IMG/VR virus record: IMGVR_UViG_3300044611_001420
From: a virus
Reading direction: 5' to 3' (one strand)
Length of the DNA stretch: 64,000 bases
Shown here: positions 1 through 9,772 of the stretch, in pieces
Layout of the letters: each line of letters starts with the position of its first letter
How positions within the stretch are numbered: position 1 is the first letter of the stretch
Notes under the pieces: model-generated
What the model was told of the DNA's origin: nothing
Seen by the model: the letters and a program-made list of their open reading frames with translations, nothing else
The model's database searches: none
Made by a program: the position numbers and the translations under genes

Positions 1-2
1 TT

Positions 3-1157
3 TGTAATGATATTGCTGTTTATTGTGGTTCTGGTGGTGGTTGTGATTTAACTAATTCCAACTCATCCTTTGGAAATTATGCTCTAGTTGCAGATGGAGT
101 AAGTGCTAAAAAATATACAGGAATAGTTACAGTAGCAGCATCTGAAAATTCTGATACTTTTGTTTTAGATTTAAATATACCAACGTTAAATGTCACAAAC
201 GCAGTTTATGATAATGCAACTGGTTTAACGACTATTACTGTCAGTCAAAATCATAATTTCAGTGTTGGAATGGGAGTCTCAATTAATAATCTTACTTTTA
301 CTTGTTCCTATGGAGAGGGAACTTCTATATTTCCTTCGGGAAATAATGGATATGTTTTTGAGGTTGCAAATTTACCATCATCAACATCATTTGAAGTTTA
401 TGTTGGAGTTTCCACCATTCAGCACACTTATTCATCTGGAGGTGCTGTAAAAATAAATGTAGTTCGTCCATTTGATGGTCAAGTTGTTTATTTTGGGCAA
501 CCGTATTATACAATTGGAAGTGTGAACGTAAGTGCTGGTGGAACTGGTTACAGTGGAAATACATCAATTACATTTTCTTCACCAGAAACTTCTTGGGGAA
601 TATCTGCTTCTGGAATTGCTGAAGTTGAAAATGGATCAGTAGTTTCTGTTCAAATGGTTTCAAGTGGAAGAGGATATGGTTCAACTCCACCAACAGTTAC
701 TTTTGGTTCTCCTAATGTTGGAATAAATACTGCAATAGGGGTTGCTAATTTGATTCCATCTTATTATTCAATTCAAAGTTCTACTCCAATTGTATCTGGA
801 ATTTGTACAATTATTTTAAATGATAGTGTTCCATTTTCCGTTGGAGTTGGAACTACAACTTTTTTCTTTAAGCAAAGTCGTATTTTAGCATCTGGTCATT
901 CATTTGAATATATTGGGTCAGGAACAAACATCGCATCTGCTTTACCTGTAACTGGTGGTGTTGCAATTCAAGAAAATGAAATTGATATGAGAAATGGTGG
1001 ATTAGTTGTTTATACAAGTACAGACCAATCTGGAAATTTTAGAATAGGAGATGGTGTTACCATTAACCAACAAACAGGAACAATTAGTGGAACAATTTAT
1101 TCTAAGAGTTTGTTTTCATCAATGACACCATTCATTTTAGCACTTGGAGGAGAATAA
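3..1157 (+). CDS. Virion structural / tail-fibre-associated protein, 5'-truncated by the window edge
   Basis: Frame 3 is open from base 3 (CNDIAVYCGSGGGCDLTNSNSSFGNYALVADG...) into the tracked ORF 270-1157. It has Gly/Ser/Thr-rich beta repeats (GGTGYS, SGRGYG) and a C-terminal SGHSFEYIGSG...YTSTDQSGNFRIG segment typical of cyanophage structural proteins. Confidence 0.7.
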   Translation, partial: CNDIAVYCGSGGGCDLTNSNSSFGNYALVADGVSAKKYTGIVTVAASENSDTFVLDLNIPTLNVTNAVYDNATGLTTITVSQNHNFSVGMGVSINNLTFTCSYGEGTSIFPSGNNGYVFEVANLPSSTSFEVYVGVSTIQHTYSSGGAVKINVVRPFDGQVVYFGQPYYTIGSVNVSAGGTGYSGNTSITFSSPETSWGISASGIAEVENGSVVSVQMVSSGRGYGSTPPTVTFGSPNVGINTAIGVANLIPSYYSIQSSTPIVSGICTIILNDSVPFSVGVGTTTFFFKQSRILASGHSFEYIGSGTNIASALPVTGGVAIQENEIDMRNGGLVVYTSTDQSGNFRIGDGVTINQQTGTISGTIYSKSLFSSMTPFILALGGE

Positions 1158-1159
1158 GA

Positions 1160-1489
1160 ATGGCACTACCGTTAAATGTATTTCAGACAGTTACTGCAGT
1201 TGTATCTGCAAGTCCAACAGAAGTTTATACTGCTCCAGTTGGTTATACTGGAGTTGTACTTTTAGCACAAGTCACAAATATCGGAACAACTTCTCAAGAT
1301 ATTACAGTTTTTCATCGCAGAAGTTCTACTGACACAGAAATGTTAAAGCAATATCCAGTTGCTGGAAATGATACAATAAATCTTCTTTCTGGAAAATTAG
1401 TTCTTGAAAGTGGAGATAAATTAGTTATATCTGGTAGTAATGCAACTAATCTGAAACTTGTCGCAAGTATTTTAGAAACACTTAACTAA
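1160..1489 (+). CDS. Small beta-rich virion protein (hypothetical)
   Basis: 109-aa ORF with GGAG RBS, tightly packed between structural genes; KLVLESGDKL motif. Confidence 0.65.
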   Translation: MALPLNVFQTVTAVVSASPTEVYTAPVGYTGVVLLAQVTNIGTTSQDITVFHRRSSTDTEMLKQYPVAGNDTINLLSGKLVLESGDKLVISGSNATNLKLVASILETLN

Positions 1490-1497
1490 TACCAAAA

Positions 1498-4400
1498 ATG
1501 GCAAAGTACCTCAGCAATCGTCAAAAAAACTTTAAGATTGGTATAAGTTCTTATACAGAAGGGAAAACAGTACTTGAAGTTATTGGAAATGTAGGAATAG
1601 GAACTACAACTTCTGAGGGTAGAAGTTTATATGTAATTGGAGATGGTGAATTTACTGGAATTCTTACTGCTAAGGGTTTTTATGTTGATGGTGAATTAAT
1701 TGGTTCTGCGACATCACTAAGTAGTTTATATGTTTCTGGAATTTCAACTTTTAATAATAATGTAGATATTAATGCATCTGCAGACATTTTAAATGACTTA
1801 GTTATAAATGGTAATTTAAAAAGTATTGGAGTAACAACCTTAGCATTTGGTGGTGGCATTACTACAACTGGCGGAAACTTATATATCGGTGGAAATTTAG
1901 AAGTTGCTGGAAGTTCTAACTTTATAGGAACAGCAATTTTTAGGGGTGGGACAATTGGAATTGGTGACTCTACTTCTGATGATATTAATGTTGGTGGTGA
2001 ATTTGTATCAAATTTAGTTCCAAAATATGACAATACGTATGATATTGGTTTAGAAAGTAATAGATGGAGAAACGCAAGATTTTCTGGTTTAACAACAACT
2101 GGTAATCTTTATGTATCAGGTGTTGGTACTATTACATCGTTAGATGTTACTACTGGTGTTATTGACTATCTTTCTGGTATTGACCTGTATTATAGTGGAA
2201 TTAGTACTCTTGGTATCACATCTGCAACACAATTAACTGCCCAAAGTCTTACTGTTTCTGGGAATAGTAATTTTGGAATCACTGATATAACAGTTAACAG
2301 TTCCAGTGATGCTCTCAAAATCACTCAAACTGGAACTGGGAATGCATTAGTTGTTAGGGATGCTAATCCAGATTCCAGCCCTTTTGTAGTTACTGGTATT
2401 GGTTCTGTTGGTGTTGGTGTTGAAAATCCATTAGAAAAACTTCAAGTTGATGGAAATATCAGATTAGGTTCTTCTGATTCAAATTATATTGCGTTTAAAG
2501 GTACAACTGGAGATTCTCCTAATGGAGGATTTACTCACACCTTTATTGGAGAAAGAATTTACACTCCTGCAACAGAAGAATCCGAACTTCTTATATTTAA
2601 AGGGAACGACCACGATTTATCAGTTGAAGGACCAGATAGAATTCGATTAGCAGCAGCAGAAATTAGATTTGATACTTATACAATTCCAACTTCAGGTTCT
2701 TTTGAAGAAGTTGCTACTTCTGGAAATTTAGATACGAAATTTATAATAATAAATAGTGGTTTTGTTGGTGTAGGAACTACAAATCCAACTTCAAAACTTG
2801 ATGTCTATGGTGATTTTAAGGTTAGTGGCATTGGGACTGTTGAAACATTAGATGCCAATACAGGTACTATCGATTACCTAACAAATACCAACCTCAACAC
2901 TTCTGGTATTGGAACTATCATTACTTTAGATGCCACTACAGGTACTATTGATTATTTGACTAATACTAATCTCTATGTCTCTGGGGTTTCTACATTTATT
3001 GGAATAGCTACTTTCTCTGGTGACATTTATGTTGGTGGTGACCTGTATGTTGCTGATGATATTACTTTTGATGAACTTATTGCTCGTAATATCAATGTAA
3101 CTGGTATTGGAACAATCGAAACCCTTGACGTAACAACAGGTACGATTGATTATCTTTCAGGTACTAATTTATCTTATATTGGAATTTCCACTTTAGCAAC
3201 CTTGGGTGTTACTGGTCTTACCACAACTAAAAATCTTCAAGTTATCGGAGTATCAACACTCGGAGTCACCAGTGTTACTAATTTAACGGCTCAAACTATT
3301 AATTCCTCAGGTGTTGTAACTGCTTCAAGTTTTGTAGGTAACTTAACAGGTACAGCAACTACAGCAACAAACCTTGAAACTGCAAGAACTTTTGAAATTA
3401 CTGGAGATATTGTTGCTTCACCAGTCAGTTTTGATGGAACTGGTAATGTATCTTTAGCAGCAACAATTCAACCAAATAGTGTTGCTCTTGGTTCAGATAC
3501 TACTGGTGATTATATTCAGTCAGTTTCTGGAACTTCAAATCAAATTACTGTTACTGGTGGAACTGGTGAAGGTTCAACTCCAGTATTAAGTCTTCCAAAT
3601 AATCTAGTTGTTCCTCAAGATTTAACAGTAACTAGAGATGTTCAAATCAATCGTAACTTAAATGTAACTGGAAATATCACAATTGGTGGTACAACTGCAT
3701 TTGTTAATGTTCAAGAATTGGTTGTCACAGACCCTGATATTATTCTTGGTTATAGAACTGATGCATTTGGTAATGATGTTTCTAACGATAATACTGCAAA
3801 TCATGGTGGTGTTGCTCTTGCTTCAACAGAAGGAAATCCATTAGTTAATTTATTTGTTACTGGAATTGAGACAGCACCTTCCACATATAAGAAAATTATG
3901 TGGTTCAAGGAAGGCACTTTTGCTGGACTTGGAACTGATGCTTGGTTAATCAATTATGCAGTCGGTATTGGTTCAACACAATTCCCAACTGGAACAAGAC
4001 TTGCTGCTGGTAATGTACAATTTACTGAAAATGATTTAGCAGTTGTTAGAAATATTAATTCTTCTGGACTTATAACAGCAACCAGATTTATTGGAACAGC
4101 AACAAATCTTGATATTAATGGTCTTACGACAATTAATGACCCACAAAGTAATGATTTTATAGCACTTTATGATGTGAGTGGAGCAGTTGTAGGAAAAGCA
4201 ACTATTCAAAATGCTGCTCTTCAAGGAACTCAAGGTCTTCAGGGAACACAAGGTACACAGGGAACACAAGGTACTCAGGGAACTCAGGGAACACAAGGTC
4301 TTCAGGGTCTTCAAGGCACTCAGGGAACACAGGGAACACAGGGAACTCAAGGCACTCAGGGAACACAAGGTACTCAAGGCACTCAGGGAACTCAAGGAAC

Positions 4401-7400
4401 ACAGGGAACTCAAGGTACTCAAGGTCTTCAGGGAACCCAAGGTACTCAAGGTACTCAGGGAACACAAGGTACTCAAGGTACTCAAGGTACTCAAGGTACA
4501 CAGGGCACACAGGGAACTCAAGGTCTTCAAGGTCTTCAGGGAACCCAAGGTACTCAAGGTACTCAGGGAACACAAGGTACTCAGGGAACTCAAGGAACAC
4601 AGGGAACTCAAGGTACTCAAGGTCTTCAGGGAACCCAAGGTACTCAAGGCACTCAGGGAACTCAGGGAACTCAGGGAACTCAGGGAACTCAAGGTACTCA
4701 AGGTCTTCAGGGAACCCAAGGTACTCAAGGTCTTCAGGGAACCCAAGGTACTCAAGGTACTCAAGGTACTCAAGGTACACAGGGCACACAGGGAACTCAA
4801 GGTCTTCAAGGTCTTCAGGGAACCCAAGGTACTCAAGGTACTCAGGGAACACAAGGTACTCAAGGTACTCAGGGAACACAAGGTACTCAGGGAACACAGG
4901 GAACACAAGGTACACAAGGTACTCAAGGTGCTCAAGGAACACAGGGAACTCAAGGTGCTCAAGGTCTTCAAGGTACTCAAGGTACACAGGGCACACAGGG
5001 CACTCAGGGAACTCAAGGAACTCAAGGGACTCAAGGTCTTCAAGGACTTCAAGGAACACAGGGAACACAGGGAACTCAAGGCACTCAGGGAACACAAGGT
5101 ACACAAGGTACTCAAGGTACTCAAGGAACTCAAGGTCTTCAAGGACTTCAAGGAACACAGGGAACACAGGGAACTCAAGGCACTCAGGGAACACAAGGTA
5201 CACAAGGTACACAAGGTACACAAGGTACACAAGGTACTCAAGGAACTCAAGGACTTCAAGGAACTCAAGGTCTTCAAGGTCTTCAAGGTCTTCAAGGACT
5301 TCAAGGAACACAAGGTACACAAGGTACTCAAGGAACACAGGGAACACAGGGAACACAGGGAACTCAAGGCACTCAAGGCACTCAAGGTCTTCAAGGTCTT
5401 CAAGGTCGTCAAGGAACACAGGGAACTCAAGGTACTCAGGGAACACAAGGAACTCAGGGAACTCAAGGCACTCAAGGCACTCAGGGAACTCAAGGTACTC
5501 AAGGTCTTCAAGGTCTTCAAGGTCTTCAAGGTACTCAAGGTACTCAGGGAACACAGGGCACTCAGGGAACACAAGGAACACAAGGAACACAAGGAACTCA
5601 GGGAACACAAGGAACTCAGGGAACTCAAGGCACTCAAGGCACTCAGGGAACTCAAGGTCTTCAAGGTCTTCAAGGTACTCAAGGTACTCAGGGAACACAG
5701 GGCACTCAGGGAACACAAGGAACACAAGGAACACAAGGAACTCAGGGGTCTCAGGGAACTCAAGGCACTCAGGGTACTCAAGGTCTTCAAGGTCTTCAAG
5801 GTACTCAAGGTACTCAGGGAACACAGGGCACTCAGGGAACACAAGGAACACAAGGAACACAGGGAACTCAAGGTCTTCAAGGACTTCAAGGTACTCAGGG
5901 AAGACAAGGAACTCAAGGAAGACAGGGGACTCAAGGTCTTCAGGGAACACAAGGTACTCAGGGAACTCAGGGTATTCAAGGCACTCAGGGAACACAAGGT
6001 ACACAAGGTACACAAGGAACTCAAGGAACTCAAGGAACTACTGGACCTGTTGCTGGTTCAGCAAATCAAGTTGTTTATAAAGATGGCTCTAATAATCCAA
6101 CTGGTTCTGCAAACTTAACTTTTGATGGAACGACTCTGAGTGCTTATAATGTTAACATTACTAATAATTTAAGTATTGGTGGAACAACAACAATTGTTAC
6201 TGCTCAAGATTTAAGAGTTCTCGATGCTGATATTATTCTTGGTTTCACAACCAATGCTTTAGGGCAAGATGTTTCTACAGATATAACAGCAAATCACGGT
6301 GGCATTGCTGTTGCTTCTACTGAAGGTAGTCCATTAGTTAATCTGTTTATTGCTGGAATTGAGACATCACCTTCAACATATAAGAAAATTATGTGGTTTA
6401 AGTCTGGAGCATTCTCTGGACTTGGCACTGATGCTTGGTTAATCAATTATGGTGTTGGTATTGGTTCAACTCAAGTCCCATTTGGTGTAAGACTTGCTGC
6501 AGGGGGAATGCAAGTTACTGATAGTAAAATATCTTCTCCAAATCTTGACATAACTGGAATTGCAACTATCAATAAACTTGATGTCAATCAATTATCTCCA
6601 AATGGTACTGATTTTGGTACTGCTTCTTATGTTCCAATTGCAGATGGTACAGGAAATTGGAGTTGGGGAACAGTAAGTGCTGCTGGTGCTGCGACAACAA
6701 ATGCAATTAATATTAGAGATGAGAATTCTCCGCAAGGAAGTGCAACAATACTAAACTTTACTGGAGATGCCATAAGTGCCACAGTTGCTGGAAGCACTGC
6801 AACTATAACTGTTAGTTCTCTTCAAGGATTGCAGGGAACTCAAGGTACTCAAGGTCTTCAGGGACCTTCATTTGCAGTTGGTGGATTAAACTATTCGCAA
6901 ACTTTAGGTACAAAAGTAACAGTATTAAGTAGTGCTTCTTTCCCAGTTGGTATTGTTACAACTACTATTACAACTAATGGAAATCCAGTTCAGGTCACTG
7001 TAACTGGAGATGCTGAAAATCTAGCTGCTGGTGTTTGGGGTCGTCTGCAATTATACAGAGATAATACCCCAATTGGAAACGACATTCAGTTTGAAGGTTC
7101 TGCTGGAAGTGAAAACTCCCCATATGCCCTTTCTGTAATTGATACTCCTTCTGCTGGAACATATTCATATAATTTAAAAGTTGTAACTTTAGCTGGAGGT
7201 AATGTTGCCTTTGGTGAAAACACTGGTCCAGTCCTTTATGCTTATGAACTTGCAAATGTTTTAGGAGTTCAAGGACTTCAAGGTACACAAGGTACACAAG
7301 GTACACAAGGTACACAAGGTACACAAGGAACTCAGGGTACTCAAGGAACTCAAGGAACTCAAGGAACTCAAGGAACTCAGGGTACTCAAGGTCTCCAAGG

Positions 7401-9768
7401 ACTTCAAGGAAGACAAGGAACTCAGGGCACTCAGGGTACTCAAGGAACTCAAGGTACTCAAGGACTTCAGGGCACTCAAGGAACTCAAGGTCTCCAAGGT
7501 CTTCAAGGAACTCAGGGCACTCAAGGAACACAGGGTACTCAAGGAACACAGGGTACTCAAGGTCTTCAGGGTCTTCAAGGAACTCAAGGTACTCAAGGTC
7601 TTCAGGGAACACAAGGAACACAAGGAACTCAAGGTACTCAAGGAACACAAGGAACTCAAGGTAGTCAGGGCACTCAAGGTCTTCAAGGAACTCAAGGAAC
7701 ACAAGGAACTCAAGGTACTCAAGGAACACAAGGAACTCAAGGTAGTCAGGGCACTCAAGGTCTTCAAGGAACTCAAGGAACACAAGGAACTCAAGGTCTT
7801 CAGGGAACACAAGGTACACAAGGTCTTCAGGGATTGACTGGCCCTATTGCAGGATCTAATACTCAAGTTATTTTTAATAATAACAATGTTTCTGCTGGAG
7901 CAACTAATTTTGTTTATGATGCAACAAATCAAAGAGTTGGTATAGGAACCACAAATCTAGGAGCAACTTTAAATGTAGTCCCAACATCTACAAGTATTGC
8001 TGGACTCTTCTCTGGAACCACATCAAGTGATATGGTTCGTATTACTCAACTTGGTTCTGGTAATGCTCTGGTTGTTGAAGACGAAACAAATCCCGATTCT
8101 ACTCCATTTGTTATTAATGCAAGTGGTTCTATTGGTGTAGGTACTAACAATCCAACAAGAAAACTTCATGTTCGTGCTGGATCTAATGATGGTCTTTATT
8201 TAGATTCTTCTGATCAAACTGGTAATAGTGGTTCCCCAACAGTAAGAGTTCGTGGTCAGAGGGTTGATAGTAATTCATCACAATCTTTTGCGGGAACTCT
8301 GGTTCTTGAAAAATATAACATGAACCTTCCCACTCCAAGTGGGAATATGCTCGGAAACATAATCTTTGGTGGTAACTTCTCAACAGCACCAGGAATTACA
8401 ACTGGAATTACTTATGGTGCTTCTATATCTGGTATTTCAGAAGGAACATTCTCCGATATTAATACAGCACCAACTGCAATTGTTTTCAATACTGGAACGG
8501 TTGGATTGGGAACAATTTTACTTCCCAACTTAACTTATGGAACAGAAGCAGCAAGAATTACTAGCAACAGAAATCTGTTAATTGGAGCAACATCAGAAAC
8601 AGGAACTGCATCACAAAAACTTCAAGTTACTGGTGGTGCTTATGTTTCTGGTTCTGTTGGTATTGGAATCACAAATCCAGGATACAAATTATCAGTATAT
8701 GGTAATGCAATAAAGACTTCTGCTGATGGAAGTCCTTTTGCACTCAGTTCTAATGATGCAACAAATCCATTCCAATTATTAATAGCAAGGAGTAGTTCTT
8801 CAGTAACTAAACCATATTGGTCAATTGAATCTGTTGAACAAAATGTTGCTTATAGAAATCTTTCTCTATTACCTTCTGGTGGAAATATAACGATTGGAAG
8901 TACATTAGATACTGGAACAGCATCACAAAAACTTCAAGTTACTGGTGGTGCTTATGTTTCTGGTTCTGTTGGTGTAGGAACAACAAGTCCAGGTGAAAGA
9001 CTTCAAGTTGATGGTAATTTAAGACTTGGAATTTCGACAACTTCAAACTATATTGCATTTTATGGAACCACTGGAGATCTTCCTGGTTCTTATAATCACA
9101 CTTATATTGGTGAAAGAATTTGGAGCACTGGAACAGAAAGATCTGAATTATTCTTATTCAAAGGAAATGATGCTGATGCAAGTGGAGGACAAGATAGAAT
9201 CCGACTTGCAGCAGGTCAAATTAGAATTGATACATTTCCAAGTGGAACATTCGTTGGTGGTGCTTCTTTTGAATCGGTTGCTACATCTGCAAATTTAATC
9301 AATAGAGTTGTAGTTCATTCTACTGGAGAAGTTGGAATTGGAACTGATGTATTAACCGGAACATCATCGCAAAGACTTCAGGTGACTGGTGGTGCTTATG
9401 TTTCTGGTAATCTTGGAGTTGGAACCACAAATCCAGGAGCAACTTTAAATGTAGTTCCAACAGCAACAAGTATTGCTGGATTATTCTCTGGAACTACATC
9501 AAGTGATATGGTTCGCATTACTCAACTTGGTTCTGGTAATGCTCTTGTAGTTGAAGATTCTGCTAATCCCGATAGTAGTCCCTTTGTTGTGACTGGTATT
9601 GGTTCAGTTGGTATTGGAACTGCAAGTCCAGCATTTACCGCAGATATTGCAGGAGATGCCCGAGTAACCTCCACAAATAAAATGAGATTCGGTGGAACCG
9701 CAGGAACCACAAACTTCTATATACAGTACAACTCAACTGCAAATAGTTTGGACTTTGTAGCAGGATAA
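1498..9768 (+). CDS. Giant tail fibre protein with collagen-like triple-helix segments
   Basis: 2756 aa; repeated VGIGTT fibre motifs, two G-X-Y tracts, duplicated internal globular modules. Confidence 0.85.
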   Translation: MAKYLSNRQKNFKIGISSYTEGKTVLEVIGNVGIGTTTSEGRSLYVIGDGEFTGILTAKGFYVDGELIGSATSLSSLYVSGISTFNNNVDINASADILNDLVINGNLKSIGVTTLAFGGGITTTGGNLYIGGNLEVAGSSNFIGTAIFRGGTIGIGDSTSDDINVGGEFVSNLVPKYDNTYDIGLESNRWRNARFSGLTTTGNLYVSGVGTITSLDVTTGVIDYLSGIDLYYSGISTLGITSATQLTAQSLTVSGNSNFGITDITVNSSSDALKITQTGTGNALVVRDANPDSSPFVVTGIGSVGVGVENPLEKLQVDGNIRLGSSDSNYIAFKGTTGDSPNGGFTHTFIGERIYTPATEESELLIFKGNDHDLSVEGPDRIRLAAAEIRFDTYTIPTSGSFEEVATSGNLDTKFIIINSGFVGVGTTNPTSKLDVYGDFKVSGIGTVETLDANTGTIDYLTNTNLNTSGIGTIITLDATTGTIDYLTNTNLYVSGVSTFIGIATFSGDIYVGGDLYVADDITFDELIARNINVTGIGTIETLDVTTGTIDYLSGTNLSYIGISTLATLGVTGLTTTKNLQVIGVSTLGVTSVTNLTAQTINSSGVVTASSFVGNLTGTATTATNLETARTFEITGDIVASPVSFDGTGNVSLAATIQPNSVALGSDTTGDYIQSVSGTSNQITVTGGTGEGSTPVLSLPNNLVVPQDLTVTRDVQINRNLNVTGNITIGGTTAFVNVQELVVTDPDIILGYRTDAFGNDVSNDNTANHGGVALASTEGNPLVNLFVTGIETAPSTYKKIMWFKEGTFAGLGTDAWLINYAVGIGSTQFPTGTRLAAGNVQFTENDLAVVRNINSSGLITATRFIGTATNLDINGLTTINDPQSNDFIALYDVSGAVVGKATIQNAALQGTQGLQGTQGTQGTQGTQGTQGTQGLQGLQGTQGTQGTQGTQGTQGTQGTQGTQGTQGTQGTQGTQGLQGTQGTQGTQGTQGTQGTQGTQGTQGTQGTQGLQGLQGTQGTQGTQGTQGTQGTQGTQGTQGTQGLQGTQGTQGTQGTQGTQGTQGTQGTQGLQGTQGTQGLQGTQGTQGTQGTQGTQGTQGTQGLQGLQGTQGTQGTQGTQGTQGTQGTQGTQGTQGTQGTQGTQGAQGTQGTQGAQGLQGTQGTQGTQGTQGTQGTQGTQGLQGLQGTQGTQGTQGTQGTQGTQGTQGTQGTQGLQGLQGTQGTQGTQGTQGTQGTQGTQGTQGTQGTQGTQGLQGTQGLQGLQGLQGLQGTQGTQGTQGTQGTQGTQGTQGTQGTQGLQGLQGRQGTQGTQGTQGTQGTQGTQGTQGTQGTQGTQGLQGLQGLQGTQGTQGTQGTQGTQGTQGTQGTQGTQGTQGTQGTQGTQGTQGLQGLQGTQGTQGTQGTQGTQGTQGTQGTQGSQGTQGTQGTQGLQGLQGTQGTQGTQGTQGTQGTQGTQGTQGLQGLQGTQGRQGTQGRQGTQGLQGTQGTQGTQGIQGTQGTQGTQGTQGTQGTQGTTGPVAGSANQVVYKDGSNNPTGSANLTFDGTTLSAYNVNITNNLSIGGTTTIVTAQDLRVLDADIILGFTTNALGQDVSTDITANHGGIAVASTEGSPLVNLFIAGIETSPSTYKKIMWFKSGAFSGLGTDAWLINYGVGIGSTQVPFGVRLAAGGMQVTDSKISSPNLDITGIATINKLDVNQLSPNGTDFGTASYVPIADGTGNWSWGTVSAAGAATTNAINIRDENSPQGSATILNFTGDAISATVAGSTATITVSSLQGLQGTQGTQGLQGPSFAVGGLNYSQTLGTKVTVLSSASFPVGIVTTTITTNGNPVQVTVTGDAENLAAGVWGRLQLYRDNTPIGNDIQFEGSAGSENSPYALSVIDTPSAGTYSYNLKVVTLAGGNVAFGENTGPVLYAYELANVLGVQGLQGTQGTQGTQGTQGTQGTQGTQGTQGTQGTQGTQGTQGLQGLQGRQGTQGTQGTQGTQGTQGLQGTQGTQGLQGLQGTQGTQGTQGTQGTQGTQGLQGLQGTQGTQGLQGTQGTQGTQGTQGTQGTQGSQGTQGLQGTQGTQGTQGTQGTQGTQGSQGTQGLQGTQGTQGTQGLQGTQGTQGLQGLTGPIAGSNTQVIFNNNNVSAGATNFVYDATNQRVGIGTTNLGATLNVVPTSTSIAGLFSGTTSSDMVRITQLGSGNALVVEDETNPDSTPFVINASGSIGVGTNNPTRKLHVRAGSNDGLYLDSSDQTGNSGSPTVRVRGQRVDSNSSQSFAGTLVLEKYNMNLPTPSGNMLGNIIFGGNFSTAPGITTGITYGASISGISEGTFSDINTAPTAIVFNTGTVGLGTILLPNLTYGTEAARITSNRNLLIGATSETGTASQKLQVTGGAYVSGSVGIGITNPGYKLSVYGNAIKTSADGSPFALSSNDATNPFQLLIARSSSSVTKPYWSIESVEQNVAYRNLSLLPSGGNITIGSTLDTGTASQKLQVTGGAYVSGSVGVGTTSPGERLQVDGNLRLGISTTSNYIAFYGTTGDLPGSYNHTYIGERIWSTGTERSELFLFKGNDADASGGQDRIRLAAGQIRIDTFPSGTFVGGASFESVATSANLINRVVVHSTGEVGIGTDVLTGTSSQRLQVTGGAYVSGNLGVGTTNPGATLNVVPTATSIAGLFSGTTSSDMVRITQLGSGNALVVEDSANPDSSPFVVTGIGSVGIGTASPAFTADIAGDARVTSTNKMRFGGTAGTTNFYIQYNSTANSLDFVAG
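4225..6051 (+). repeat. 9-bp-period coding repeat, about 203 Gly-X-Y triplets (mostly GTQ/GLQ)
   Basis: ggwacwcar / ggtcttcar units in frame with the fibre ORF. Confidence 0.95.
7264..7848 (+). repeat. Second collagen-like tract, about 65 Gly-X-Y triplets
   Basis: Same GTQ/GLQ units. Confidence 0.95.
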
Positions 9769-9772
9769 GATT

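Noticed and set aside
4036-7932. Long alternative-frame and antisense ORFs (LSSLST, EYLEFP, ELKVLR repeats), also at 14473-15176
   Set aside because: Shadows of the 9-bp collagen repeat, which lacks stops in several frames.
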